The position numbers were made by a program, and so were the translations under genes. DNA of 64,000 bases from an uncultured Nitrososphaerales archaeon (GTDB taxonomy: Archaea > Thermoproteota > Nitrososphaeria > Nitrososphaerales > Gagatemarchaeaceae), in the NCBI GenBank assembly GCA_963706445.1, contig OY970160.1, positions 96,001-160,000 of the forward strand. Reading direction: 5' to 3'. Under the pieces are notes generated by a model that saw nothing but the letters and a program-made list of their open reading frames with translations, was not told the DNA's origin and did not search any database. Every line of letters begins with the position of its first letter. The first letter of the stretch is position 1. This document shows, piece by piece, positions 48,530 to 57,103 of this stretch.

Positions 48530-48562
48530 AGCCTAGGATTCGCCACTGGAGATTCATGATGT

Positions 48563-48582
48563 ATGGGGTCGCCCGGATTCGA
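48563..48582. repeat. att-like duplication of tRNA-Pro 3' end (partner 55076-55095)
   Basis: ATGGGGTCGCCCGGATTCGA vs ATGGGGTCGCCCGGATTTGA, 19/20. Confidence 0.85.
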
Positions 48583-48623
48583 TGGGTTTACAATGCAAAT
48601 CTAAAACCGGTTCGGGCCCGGAG

Positions 48624-48678
48624 GGATGCGCTTAGATAATTAAGCGAATCCCAAACCACCACAGGTGGGTTCGAGTCC
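48624..48678. repeat. dif-like 11-6-11 site plus GTTCGAGTCC box, copy 1
   Basis: GGATGCGCTTA-GATAAT-TAAGCGAATCC-CAAACCA-N10-GTTCGAGTCC; inverted partner at 54269-54323. Confidence 0.7.
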
Positions 48679-48814
48679 GACCGTCGCCGTTTTTCTATAC
48701 ACTCAGAATGAGCCCCATTTGGCCAATAAGCCTGACTCTGGTTACTTGGGACGCGCTGTTTTGGGCGAGTCTGCTCCGTTTGACAATATGAGCGTTTTGA
48801 TTGAAGTCTAGCCA

Positions 48815-50374
48815 CTATTGGAGAATTTGTCTTCGTCTAATCAGGAGGTAGGACGCAATGATTAAAGCGACGAAGGCAGTCACTGCAAGAAATTGGAATG
48901 GGAACTCAGGAACCCCTCCGCCCTCAGTCGCACTTGATGTGCTTGAAGAAGTGACAGAAGTGTTTGAACCAAGATTAGCCGAAGTGGTCGTTGCTGTTGA
49001 AGCAGTGCTGGAAGTCGTCAAAGCGGTCCTGGATGAGCTCAATGAGCTCGTCGTAGATGTCGTTGAGGAGTTCGAAGGATATATTTCGGAGACCCCATTC
49101 GCGACCAAGACGTCTACCCAATTTCGGATGGAATCATATGTCATCTGCCAAGGACTTTGCCCTACTGTCACGTTTTCGATAAAGGAGGTCCCCGTAACCA
49201 GTGATACAATGTCGCTTGGTTCGCTACCGCATCCAATGCATATGTAGGCGACGCCACTGTTCGAGACATATACGAGACCATTTGACGGATTGAACAAGGC
49301 AAAGGTGGGACTTACTCCAGTATGGACTGTTCCAATCACTTTCGTTCCGTTGACTACAGATACGCCATCCAGTTGATTGGGGTAATAGACGAAGCCCGTC
49401 GATGGGACGTATATTGGTTCTATCCCCGGGAACCCAAGTGAAACATTTGCCAAGTTTGACTTGCCCTCGATCACCGAGATTGTGCCCGGTCCGTAGACAC
49501 TCACGTACACGTAAGTGTTGATCGGATCGTAGAACAACTTCTCAGGGTACGTGCCTACCCTGATGGTCGTCGTCAGCTCGCTTCCGTTTATTACGGCGAC
49601 CTTGTCCCCGTACCCGTAGTTCTCGATTGTCAGGTAGACAAGCCCGTTGGCAGGGTCAAACAAAGCCGCTCCCGGAGAACCCCCCATTTGCACTGTAGAA
49701 ATCAGGGTCGTACCATTGATTACAGATGTAGTGTTGGCTTTTGTATTCGGGATGTAAGCAACCCCATTCGAAGGGTCGATGGCCATCGCGCAGTCTGAAA
49801 TGTCTCCACATCCACCATTCAAGTGACCGGCTTCACTGGTGCCGTTGATTATGGTGATCCCTCCTCCATTCTGGGCCAAGTAAACAAGGCCATTGAAGGG
49901 ATCGAATCCGAAGATGGCGGGACTAGAGTTACAGTAGGGGGTACAGAGAGTAAAAGAAGTTGGCAAAGTGTCCATTACAGTGGTGCCATTGATTATGGCA
50001 ACCTCCTTCCCGCTGAATCCCTCTGCGTAGACCAGATGGTTTGACTGGTCATAGAGAAGTGGGGTGTCCGTGTTTGTAGAAGATCCCGAGTCAAACGTTA
50101 GGTTCGCGATGTTCCTTGTCCCGTCAATCACAGATACACCGCCTTCAGAGCCGTTACCGTATCCCACATAGAGGAAGCCGTTGTCCGGGTCGAATGCCAT
50201 AGAATTTGGCGACAACGGTGTTGGGACGAAGTTCGACCGGAAAGGAGGGGTGGTTTGAGGGCCTGCGGCGCCGGCAGAGCTTGCTGCCGACCACGCCAGA
50301 ATGGCAACCAGTGCGACAGATATGGCGCTCGAAGTGCCCCACCCGGTATTCAAGGCATTCGAAAGGTGTCGCAC
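48815..50374 (-). CDS. YncE/YVTN beta-propeller surface protein with Ser/Thr linker and PEF-CTERM signal
   Basis: repeated DP.NG.VY..N..VSVI.GT; VPEFPFQ + TM + RRR tail. Confidence 0.85.
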   Translation of the reverse strand: MRHLSNALNTGWGTSSAISVALVAILAWSAASSAGAAGPQTTPPFRSNFVPTPLSPNSMAFDPDNGFLYVGYGNGSEGGVSVIDGTRNIANLTFDSGSSTNTDTPLLYDQSNHLVYAEGFSGKEVAIINGTTVMDTLPTSFTLCTPYCNSSPAIFGFDPFNGLVYLAQNGGGITIINGTSEAGHLNGGCGDISDCAMAIDPSNGVAYIPNTKANTTSVINGTTLISTVQMGGSPGAALFDPANGLVYLTIENYGYGDKVAVINGSELTTTIRVGTYPEKLFYDPINTYVYVSVYGPGTISVIEGKSNLANVSLGFPGIEPIYVPSTGFVYYPNQLDGVSVVNGTKVIGTVHTGVSPTFALFNPSNGLVYVSNSGVAYICIGCGSEPSDIVSLVTGTSFIENVTVGQSPWQMTYDSIRNWVDVLVANGVSEIYPSNSSTTSTTSSLSSSRTALTTSSTASTATTTSANLGSNTSVTSSSTSSATEGGGVPEFPFQFLAVTAFVALIIASYLLIRRRQILQ

Positions 50375-50441
50375 TTCTATTTACGCCCGACCACCGCTAT
50401 CGGTGGGCCTCAAGCTCCGTTAGTCAACAATCCGTAAGTAT

Positions 50442-50924
50442 TTGGCAGCCATTTCTTGGTCGATGAAGACGCAAACCGCGGCATTCGTTGCAGTTGCTTT
50501 TGCTGTTGTGATCGTGGTTGGGGCCTTGAATTTCGCAGCTGTCACCAAGGGAGCGACTTACACCGTCAACGGCCTGACATGTCCTATACCCTCTGATTAC
50601 CTCTCGTTCAAGGCTGCTGTTAACCTGGTCCCTATGGTGACACAGCAACCTCAATTCCTCAGCCTTGCCAACGGCTCACCGTACATGTTCGGGAACGCGG
50701 AGAACCTGACCGACCGGACCCAGCAGATCGACAACGGGCCCGTCCAGCATCTGCCAGACGCCGTTGAGATGGTGTTCTACACCTGGGGTACCAGCACCTA
50801 CTGCGGCGAGACGGGAGGCTTTGTCAATCCGTGGCTGAGCACCATCGTAGTCCAGGTCCCAGTGCAGAATGAACGGTACAATCTGACTGGTGCCACCTAC
50901 AACACAGGTGGAGGACCAGCATGA
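50442..50924 (+). CDS. secreted/membrane-anchored hypothetical protein
   Basis: N-terminal hydrophobic helix, two Cys, N-glycosylation sequons. Confidence 0.7.
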   Translation: MAAISWSMKTQTAAFVAVAFAVVIVVGALNFAAVTKGATYTVNGLTCPIPSDYLSFKAAVNLVPMVTQQPQFLSLANGSPYMFGNAENLTDRTQQIDNGPVQHLPDAVEMVFYTWGTSTYCGETGGFVNPWLSTIVVQVPVQNERYNLTGATYNTGGGPA

Positions 50925-51134
50925 GACCTACGGCTACCTGAATGGTCTGTGCGCGTCATCTGAGCCCTATGCTCCGGGGCCCTGCAACATTAGACCCTAT
51001 GAGCCGTTTAGGGCAATGCTCGCATTAGTCTCCTTCGCAGTATTGGTCTATTCATTCATGGGACTCTGAACTACGGACGTGGAACAGAGCCCTAGTCGAT
51101 CAGGTCGGGGCGCGTCCCCCCGCTCGGGCTCTAG

Positions 51135-52844
51135 TTAGGGCAACAGACCGTAGGTTTGGACAGTACCCAATTCGATGGATGAGATGATCCCAGTTTGGAG
51201 GTTGAGAACGTAAATCGAATCTCCGTTCAAGTATGTTGATTCTTCGAATCCCCCGTATAACAGCCCGTTCGACGAATCAATAGCCAAGTCGTCCAAAGGA
51301 ATGCCATGGGGAGAGGTCTGCGAGACGACCTCGTTGGATTCCGAGTTGATCACCAGAAAGCCCACGGATGCGGTTTGCGGATTGGTGAGCTCGGTGGCGT
51401 AGATATTCCCATTATTCGGATCCAATAGGATGGTCGGCTCCTCCGCGACAAGCCCTTCGTCTAGGCCAGGAACGGGAATATTGGCGACCATCTCGTTCGT
51501 GTTAGTGCTGATGGCGGTCAGGTTTCCGCCAACATAGTTGGAACCCTGACCACTGTAAAAGTACATGTCCCTGTTGGAGGGATCGTAAAACAGAAAACCA
51601 CCGGATGACGAAATCTCCGACCCAACTGGTTGAAGCGTAGTCCCGTTCAGGGCGATGATTCTCCCTCCGAGCGTCTGGTTGTACTGCGAGGCGTAAACTA
51701 TGCCGTTGTCAGGGTCGTAGAAGAACGGGTACGCGGTAGTGGAGACTCTTCCAACTATTTGCAGGGTGTCGGCATTTATCGCGAAGTTGGTCCCGTTGTA
51801 GACCGACACGAGAATCTCGTTGTTCTTTCCATCGTAGACCGCTCCCCCGGGACTTGACGCTAAGGTTATGTTAGTGAGTATTCTGTCTGTCGAGTCATCG
51901 ATAACCAAGAGTCGGCTGTAGACGAAATCCACGCAGAATATCCTCCCATTCGTGGGGTCGTAGACCATCGAGCTGATTGACTGGTCCGACGCGCTGGTCA
52001 CGAGCTTGTGCTCGATGAAGTTTGTCGCGGTATTGATTGCAAAGATCTCCGGCGAATCCTGGGCCCCGACATATAGCTCCAGGTTCCCGGGGTCGTAGAG
52101 ATAGAAAATCATGGGACTCCCGATCAAGTCTGGGAGTGAGATCGTCGTGAAGACGCGCTCTGAAGATCCGTTTATGACCGTGACCGAATCCAGCCCCGGA
52201 TTGGCGACATAGAGCAAGCCGTTGGTATCGTCGTAGAACATGGGACTGGCACCGGCCTCTCCTCCCGCCACACCACCATTCGACTTCTGAAGGAAGATGC
52301 TTGAAACTGGAGACATCAGTTCTCCCCCTGACGAAGTGATGTACAACTTCACAAGATAGGTGCTGTATTTCAAAGATGGAAAAACCAACATCGACGAAAA
52401 CTCAGTGTGGGGGACAGCATCCACTACGATCGAGGTGTTGGTCTCTTTGATATTGGAGGCCGAGGTGATCAGAGGGCAGCAGAAAGTCTGATTCTCCCCG
52501 TATGGATTCTCAACGTACGCCAGATAGGCATCGGTGACGACCCGGACCGAATCAGGATTGGGGAGGTTGCTCAGAAAGGTGGCATTGACGGCAACCTTTC
52601 CGTCGAACAGCTGAGGGATCGCCTGAACGAATCGGAACGACTCGTTGCCGGAGTAGTGGGCTATGCCAGTGGACGAACTGCTGTGCGTGCTACTCGATAA
52701 CTGCGATGACCTGCTAGAGTGATTCGCCGTTGAGCTCAAGGCGGCGTATGCGATAGCTGCGCCAACGAGCAGTATCAGAATTACGGCAACGCCTGCCCAC
52801 CTTCCCGCTGCTGTGCGCCGCTTGATGGCAGTCACCATTCCCAC
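51135..52844 (-). CDS. membrane-anchored YncE-like beta-propeller protein
   Basis: N-terminal TM, Ser linker, repeated YDP.N..LYV..I..T. Confidence 0.82.
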   Translation of the reverse strand: MGMVTAIKRRTAAGRWAGVAVILILLVGAAIAYAALSSTANHSSRSSQLSSSTHSSSSTGIAHYSGNESFRFVQAIPQLFDGKVAVNATFLSNLPNPDSVRVVTDAYLAYVENPYGENQTFCCPLITSASNIKETNTSIVVDAVPHTEFSSMLVFPSLKYSTYLVKLYITSSGGELMSPVSSIFLQKSNGGVAGGEAGASPMFYDDTNGLLYVANPGLDSVTVINGSSERVFTTISLPDLIGSPMIFYLYDPGNLELYVGAQDSPEIFAINTATNFIEHKLVTSASDQSISSMVYDPTNGRIFCVDFVYSRLLVIDDSTDRILTNITLASSPGGAVYDGKNNEILVSVYNGTNFAINADTLQIVGRVSTTAYPFFYDPDNGIVYASQYNQTLGGRIIALNGTTLQPVGSEISSSGGFLFYDPSNRDMYFYSGQGSNYVGGNLTAISTNTNEMVANIPVPGLDEGLVAEEPTILLDPNNGNIYATELTNPQTASVGFLVINSESNEVVSQTSPHGIPLDDLAIDSSNGLLYGGFEESTYLNGDSIYVLNLQTGIISSIELGTVQTYGLLP

Positions 52845-52951
52845 CCAGGCCTCTCGATGAATTGGAGAACCTCCGGGATTTACGGATTGTTAACCCGCTG
52901 GCCCGTTCTCACGAGTAGAATTTAACACCCCTTGAGGGAACCCTACGTGGC

Positions 52952-53248
52952 ATGAGACGTAGTGCGAAAGCATTGGTGGGAATCGCCACCGTGTTGGCTT
53001 TTGCTTTCTTCTTCTTTGCCCCAGTAGTCTATTCGCCCACCAACCTCTACGTCGGCGTGAGCGCCGTGGTCGGTTCAGGGTGTGTTCAGGAAGGCACACC
53101 GACATGCTCCCAACCCTCAGCGACCTACCCGAATTGGGACTCCTTGAGTTGTTGGGCGTTTGGATTTGGCGTCTACTACGGATTGACGGTCTACCAGCCC
53201 CCCGATTCCTTCCAATTTGGGTGCCATCCCCCGCCGTTTCTTGTCTAG
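52952..53248 (+). CDS. small membrane-anchored Cys-containing protein (paralog of 53948-54205)
   Basis: shared FFxAPxxYSPT, TYPNW.SLSC..FG.G.YYG.TV.QP.DS.QFGC. Confidence 0.75.
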   Translation: MRRSAKALVGIATVLAFAFFFFAPVVYSPTNLYVGVSAVVGSGCVQEGTPTCSQPSATYPNWDSLSCWAFGFGVYYGLTVYQPPDSFQFGCHPPPFLV

Positions 53249-53351
53249 CCTCTGAAAGCAACCCTACCCTATCCACCCATCTAACCCCACCGAAATCGCT
53301 AGGCCGTTCTCAGAAGTAGGCGTATATCCTGCAGTCCAGATTTGGAAAGAG

Positions 53352-53870
53352 ATGAAGACCGGAATCGTCGCCGTACTCTTGGTAGCCATCCTATTCGGGG
53401 CCACAGCCGGGTATCTCGTAGGAACCACGACTCGGGTGACGGCGACAGTGACTTCTCTAGCCACTGTCGGTTCCATTGTCTATGCTGAACCATCAATAAC
53501 GAATTTCCATTCTGAAATCGACGTAACCTTCCACACCGTTCTTAACGCCTGCACTGGGTGCACTGGAGGGGGTTCGTTCACTTATCCCCTTTCAGTCAAT
53601 TACAGTGGCGGCATGTGGATTCTCCATTATTGGGTCCAAAATTACTCTGGAACGCAGAACAGCATCAGTGGGAATCTTGTCGGTTCGGGTAACTCCTCGA
53701 TATCGATAACATTCTATGTAGATGGTTACGTCGAGTATACCCTCTGCGCGAGCGCAACACCAGCGGGGAACGACTATCCCGTACAATATCCATTGACACT
53801 GAGTTCATTGGGTCAAAACGTGACTTCAACAGGTTCCACGGTAGAGACTTGCGGGACCATAGCCGTGTAG
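53352..53870 (+). CDS. secreted/membrane-anchored hypothetical protein
   Basis: N-terminal TM, Thr-rich linker, beta-rich domain with Cys. Confidence 0.7.
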   Translation: MKTGIVAVLLVAILFGATAGYLVGTTTRVTATVTSLATVGSIVYAEPSITNFHSEIDVTFHTVLNACTGCTGGGSFTYPLSVNYSGGMWILHYWVQNYSGTQNSISGNLVGSGNSSISITFYVDGYVEYTLCASATPAGNDYPVQYPLTLSSLGQNVTSTGSTVETCGTIAV

Positions 53871-53947
53871 CCTCATCCAACCCGCCAAGGTCGCCGGGCC
53901 GTTCTCGTGAGTAGAACTTTACACTCCCTTTGGCTACCCTCTGAGGC

Positions 53948-54205
53948 ATGAGACGAGCGACAAGAATGGCATTACTGGGAATTGGGGTTGTCGCCGTGGT
54001 TGCCTTCTTTGTCTTTGCCCCGATAATCTATTCTCCCACCACCGTTTACGGCCCGCTCTTTCTCAAGACCTATCCTACGTATCCAAACTGGGGCTCCTTG
54101 AGTTGTAGCCTGTTCGGAGTCGGCACCTATTACGGAAGGACAGTTTTCCAGCCCAATGACTCGTACCAGTTTGGATGTCCGTCACCCACGGCTTCGCTGC
54201 CGTAA
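53948..54205 (+). CDS. small membrane-anchored Cys-containing protein (paralog of 52952-53248)
   Basis: same motifs and homologous upstream region. Confidence 0.75.
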   Translation: MRRATRMALLGIGVVAVVAFFVFAPIIYSPTTVYGPLFLKTYPTYPNWGSLSCSLFGVGTYYGRTVFQPNDSYQFGCPSPTASLP

Positions 54206-54268
54206 CTATAGGAGACGAAACCTGCGGATCCTCGACGGAATCGAATCTTTTCAGGCATGCTTCCCGGA

Positions 54269-54323
54269 GGACTCGAACGTCGCAGACTTGGTTTAGGATT
54301 CGCTTGATTTTCCAGGTGAATCC
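54269..54323. repeat. dif-like 11-6-11 site plus GGACTCGAAC box, copy 2 (inverted)
   Basis: GGACTCGAAC-N10-TGGTTTA-GGATTCGCTTG-ATTTTC-CAGGTGAATCC. Confidence 0.65.
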
Positions 54324-54384
54324 TCCATTCAAAAAGCTCTTTTGATTACAAGCGCAAGAGGTTAAGAGAAGCGACTAGAACAGA

Positions 54385-55011
54385 ATGGCAGCGATGGCGC
54401 TGACGTCCAAGCCGCTCTCCCCAGACACCTGGCCCGCCTTCGCCCGCCTCGTGGAGAAGCACAACGGGATCTTCGGCGGGTGCTGGTGCATCTCCTTCCA
54501 TCTCGACCCGGAAGGGGGGAAGGTACCTTCCAAGTACTATCGCAAGATGAAAGAAACCCGAGTGCGGGAAGGCCGGGCGCACGCCGCGCTCGTCCTAGAC
54601 GGCCGGGATGCGGTCGGTTGGTGCCAGTTCGGTTCCACGGCTGAACTTCCGAACATCAGGAGCCGAAAGGCCTACGAGAAGGGACGGATGGAACTCCCCG
54701 ATTGGCGCATCACATGTTTCTTCGTCGACCGAGAGCGCAGAGGGGACGGGATTGCGACCGTAGCCCTCCGCGAGGCTATGAAAATGATCGCCCAGCTCGG
54801 CGGCGGAACCGTCGAGGCGTACCCTGAGGATTACACAGGCCTGAAGGTCTCGTCCTCCTTCCTCTGCAGCGGAACCCTTGGGATGTTCGAGAAGGCCGGG
54901 TTCCGGAAGGCCCGCAAGATCGCGATGCATAGGTGGGTCGTGGTACGGAGGATTCCCGGGACCAAAGGGACTGGCGGACGAAACACGGTGAGAAATGCAC
55001 TCCATGCATAA
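54385..55011 (+). CDS. GNAT family N-acetyltransferase
   Basis: GGCWC, VGWCQFG, WRITCFFVD..RRG.G.A, VEAYP, MFEKAGF. Confidence 0.88.
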   Translation: MAAMALTSKPLSPDTWPAFARLVEKHNGIFGGCWCISFHLDPEGGKVPSKYYRKMKETRVREGRAHAALVLDGRDAVGWCQFGSTAELPNIRSRKAYEKGRMELPDWRITCFFVDRERRGDGIATVALREAMKMIAQLGGGTVEAYPEDYTGLKVSSSFLCSGTLGMFEKAGFRKARKIAMHRWVVVRRIPGTKGTGGRNTVRNALHA

Positions 55012-55076
55012 GAATCCTAATAGCCAGAATCAAGCCCCTGCAGCCAAACAGAGTTCAGTTCAACCTGTATAGAAAA

Positions 55077-55152
55077 TGGGGTCGCCCGGATTTGAACCGG
55101 GGATCTTCAGCGCCCAAGGCTGAAAGCCTAGACCAGACTAGCCGACGACCCC
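55077..55152 (-). tRNA. tRNA-Pro(TGG), intronless
   Basis: GGGGTCG/CGACCCC acceptor, TCAGC-CTTGGGC-GCTGA anticodon arm, CCCGG-TTCAAAT-CCGGG T arm. Confidence 0.95.
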
Positions 55153-55178
55153 ACAATCTCGGCGTCTCATTGGCGTAG

Positions 55179-55787
55179 TTATGGATTCTGCGGGTTGGCA
55201 CGGGAGGGCTTACCATGCGAAACGAAGGAGTTCCCCTTGATGTAGAACCTCCACTCCCTCTCGGTCCCGCGGGATATTCCCACCCTATTGCTGCGGCCGA
55301 TCTTCGGGGGTCTCCTTCCGCTCTCCAGAAACAGCGTTTCCGACCTTACGAAGTCCTCACCATTGAGAATCCTGTCTATCTTCAAGGCCTCGGTCAGCTT
55401 CCCAGGCCCGTCAGCCACGTGAATGGACTCGCCCAGACCCCTGTTTCGGACCATCTCCTCCACCCCCTCCGCGGGCTCTATCGCTCTGAACAGGACGGCT
55501 CCGGGGACGTTGCGGGCCTCGGTTGTCACATTCAGACAGCAGTGCATCCCCATGGTGAAGTAGACGTACGCATGGCCCGCTTCGCCGAACATGACTGCGT
55601 TCCTAGCAGTCTTTCCGGGAAAGGCATGGCTAGCCGGGTCCCCGCGACCGCGGTAGGCCTCCGTCTCAACAATGATACCTGAAAGCCGTTTCCCTGCGGC
55701 AACTCTCACGAGCTTGCACCCGAGGAGTTCCTTTGCCACTGTGGGAGTGTACCTCTCAAAGAACCTCCGGCCGAGCCTTCTCATCAA
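55179..55787 (-). CDS. mpg: DNA-3-methyladenine glycosylase (MPG/AAG family)
   Basis: IVETEAY...DPASHA, GHAYVY..MGMH.CLNV, GPGKLT, RVGI. Confidence 0.92.
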   Translation of the reverse strand: MMRRLGRRFFERYTPTVAKELLGCKLVRVAAGKRLSGIIVETEAYRGRGDPASHAFPGKTARNAVMFGEAGHAYVYFTMGMHCCLNVTTEARNVPGAVLFRAIEPAEGVEEMVRNRGLGESIHVADGPGKLTEALKIDRILNGEDFVRSETLFLESGRRPPKIGRSNRVGISRGTEREWRFYIKGNSFVSHGKPSRANPQNP

Positions 55788-55854
55788 AGGGGCCCGAAAA
55801 CCGAACTTGTTAACAATACTTTAAGGCTCGTCCCTGGAAATCAACCTTCTCGAA

Positions 55855-56712
55855 ATGAAGTCCGAACTACAGGCGGCGGGCCTCATCATACTGCTCTTTG
55901 TCGTTACTTTTTCACTGGGGGTCGAATTCGGGGGGTCCGGCCTCTCAGGCGCCTCCGGAGGCTTCGGCTCTTCTGGACCCGCCGTCCACAAGGAATCCCT
56001 CGCACCACCCCCGCCCACCCTGATAATCAGGGCCGTCAGCGTGAACTCGAGCGATCTTTACGCCACCGCCAATTCGCAGCAGAACATATCCTCCCAATAC
56101 CTCGCCCCCCTTGTTGGGCTCAAGGTGACAGTGGTCGAGGAGTCTCGGGCCTCCTTTTCCGGCTTCGGTAGGTTGCCTTCGATCACTTTGACAACGAATT
56201 CCTCGGGCCTCGCTTCAGTCGAGGTGTCGCCTGGAATCTACAGGGCCTCTGTGCTGAATCAGTTCTTCCCCCTCGACACCACCGTCACGATGAGCGACAA
56301 CCAGACCACAACATTGAGCCTCAGCCTCCTTCCGGCCGCTCAAAGCGTTGGTGTGGTCAAGGTGGTATCCCCAGACACCGCCACTGGACTCGAATCGACA
56401 TCACGCGTCTACGCCCAAGTCGGTCCGGGCTCTATTCCAAGCCCAGGGTTCGCCCAGCTTGTTGGTTTCGTGATCCCCCAGGAGTCCAACAGCACCGGAA
56501 TCGCCGTCATTCAGCCTGTCACAGGGCTCGTCTTCTATTCAGGGCTCGTCTACTATTACGTCCTCAATGCCACAGTCCTCGGTTCTTACCCCGGATCCTC
56601 CGGCTCCTGGGTTACGCTTGCTCCAACCGGGAACTACTCCGCCTACCCCACTCAGGGGGTCTACCTTTTCCAATACAAACCGACATACATGGTGAACTAC
56701 ACTGCCGGCTGA
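55855..56712 (+). CDS. secreted protein with beta-sandwich (carboxypeptidase-regulatory-like) domain
   Basis: signal/TM helix, TTNSSG....V.PG.Y. Confidence 0.65.
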   Translation: MKSELQAAGLIILLFVVTFSLGVEFGGSGLSGASGGFGSSGPAVHKESLAPPPPTLIIRAVSVNSSDLYATANSQQNISSQYLAPLVGLKVTVVEESRASFSGFGRLPSITLTTNSSGLASVEVSPGIYRASVLNQFFPLDTTVTMSDNQTTTLSLSLLPAAQSVGVVKVVSPDTATGLESTSRVYAQVGPGSIPSPGFAQLVGFVIPQESNSTGIAVIQPVTGLVFYSGLVYYYVLNATVLGSYPGSSGSWVTLAPTGNYSAYPTQGVYLFQYKPTYMVNYTAG

Positions 56713-57103
56713 CCTCCTCTCCACCGAGACGCTGCTGATACTTGTCGACTGCGCCGTAGTTGCATCCCTCGCGACAGCGCTGGTTGCCCTGCGGAGGATC
56801 CGCCCCCCCGAGGTCAGAGACCTGCCTGCCGCATTCAAGGACCTTGACCGCTCCATAGGGAGGTTCGTCCCCGGCATGCCGGAGGGATTCACCTGGGGTG
56901 AGGCCATGGAACGCTTGAAAGGGGCCGGGGTGAAGGTCGATTGGCCGAAGATGGAGTCCAGCCTTGCAGAGTACGAAGCCTACCGATATGGCGCGCGCGC
57001 GCTGCCTGAGAGTGGCAAGGACGAGGTGGTCCGCCTGTCTATGAAGCTGAGGAGGAGAATAGTTGGATACAGGGATAAAAGAAAAGGTACTGGCTCAGAT
57101 TAG
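56702..57103 (+). CDS. membrane protein of MoxR cluster (DUF4129-like), probable CTG start
   Basis: frame of the 56876 ORF open back to CTG 56702 with GGTGA SD, adding a TM helix; T..E..YE..RYG motif. Confidence 0.6.
   Translation: MPADLLSTETLLILVDCAVVASLATALVALRRIRPPEVRDLPAAFKDLDRSIGRFVPGMPEGFTWGEAMERLKGAGVKVDWPKMESSLAEYEAYRYGARALPESGKDEVVRLSMKLRRRIVGYRDKRKGTGSD

Larger units (their letters stand above)
48563..55095. mobile_element. tRNA-Pro-integrated genomic island of surface-protein genes, no integrase
   Basis: flanking att-like direct repeats, AT-richer composition, accessory cargo. Confidence 0.7.

Noticed and set aside
48655-48690. tRNA gene or fragment (GGTTCGAGTCC T-loop look-alike)
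   Set aside because: No cloverleaf can be built. The 10-mer recurs at fixed spacing beside the second dif-like site without a conserved stem.
50925-51134. MITE or further dif-like site between convergent island genes
   Set aside because: Only short GAGCCCTA-like repeats and a 7-bp inverted pair; no 11-6-11 match and no clear TIR/TSD.
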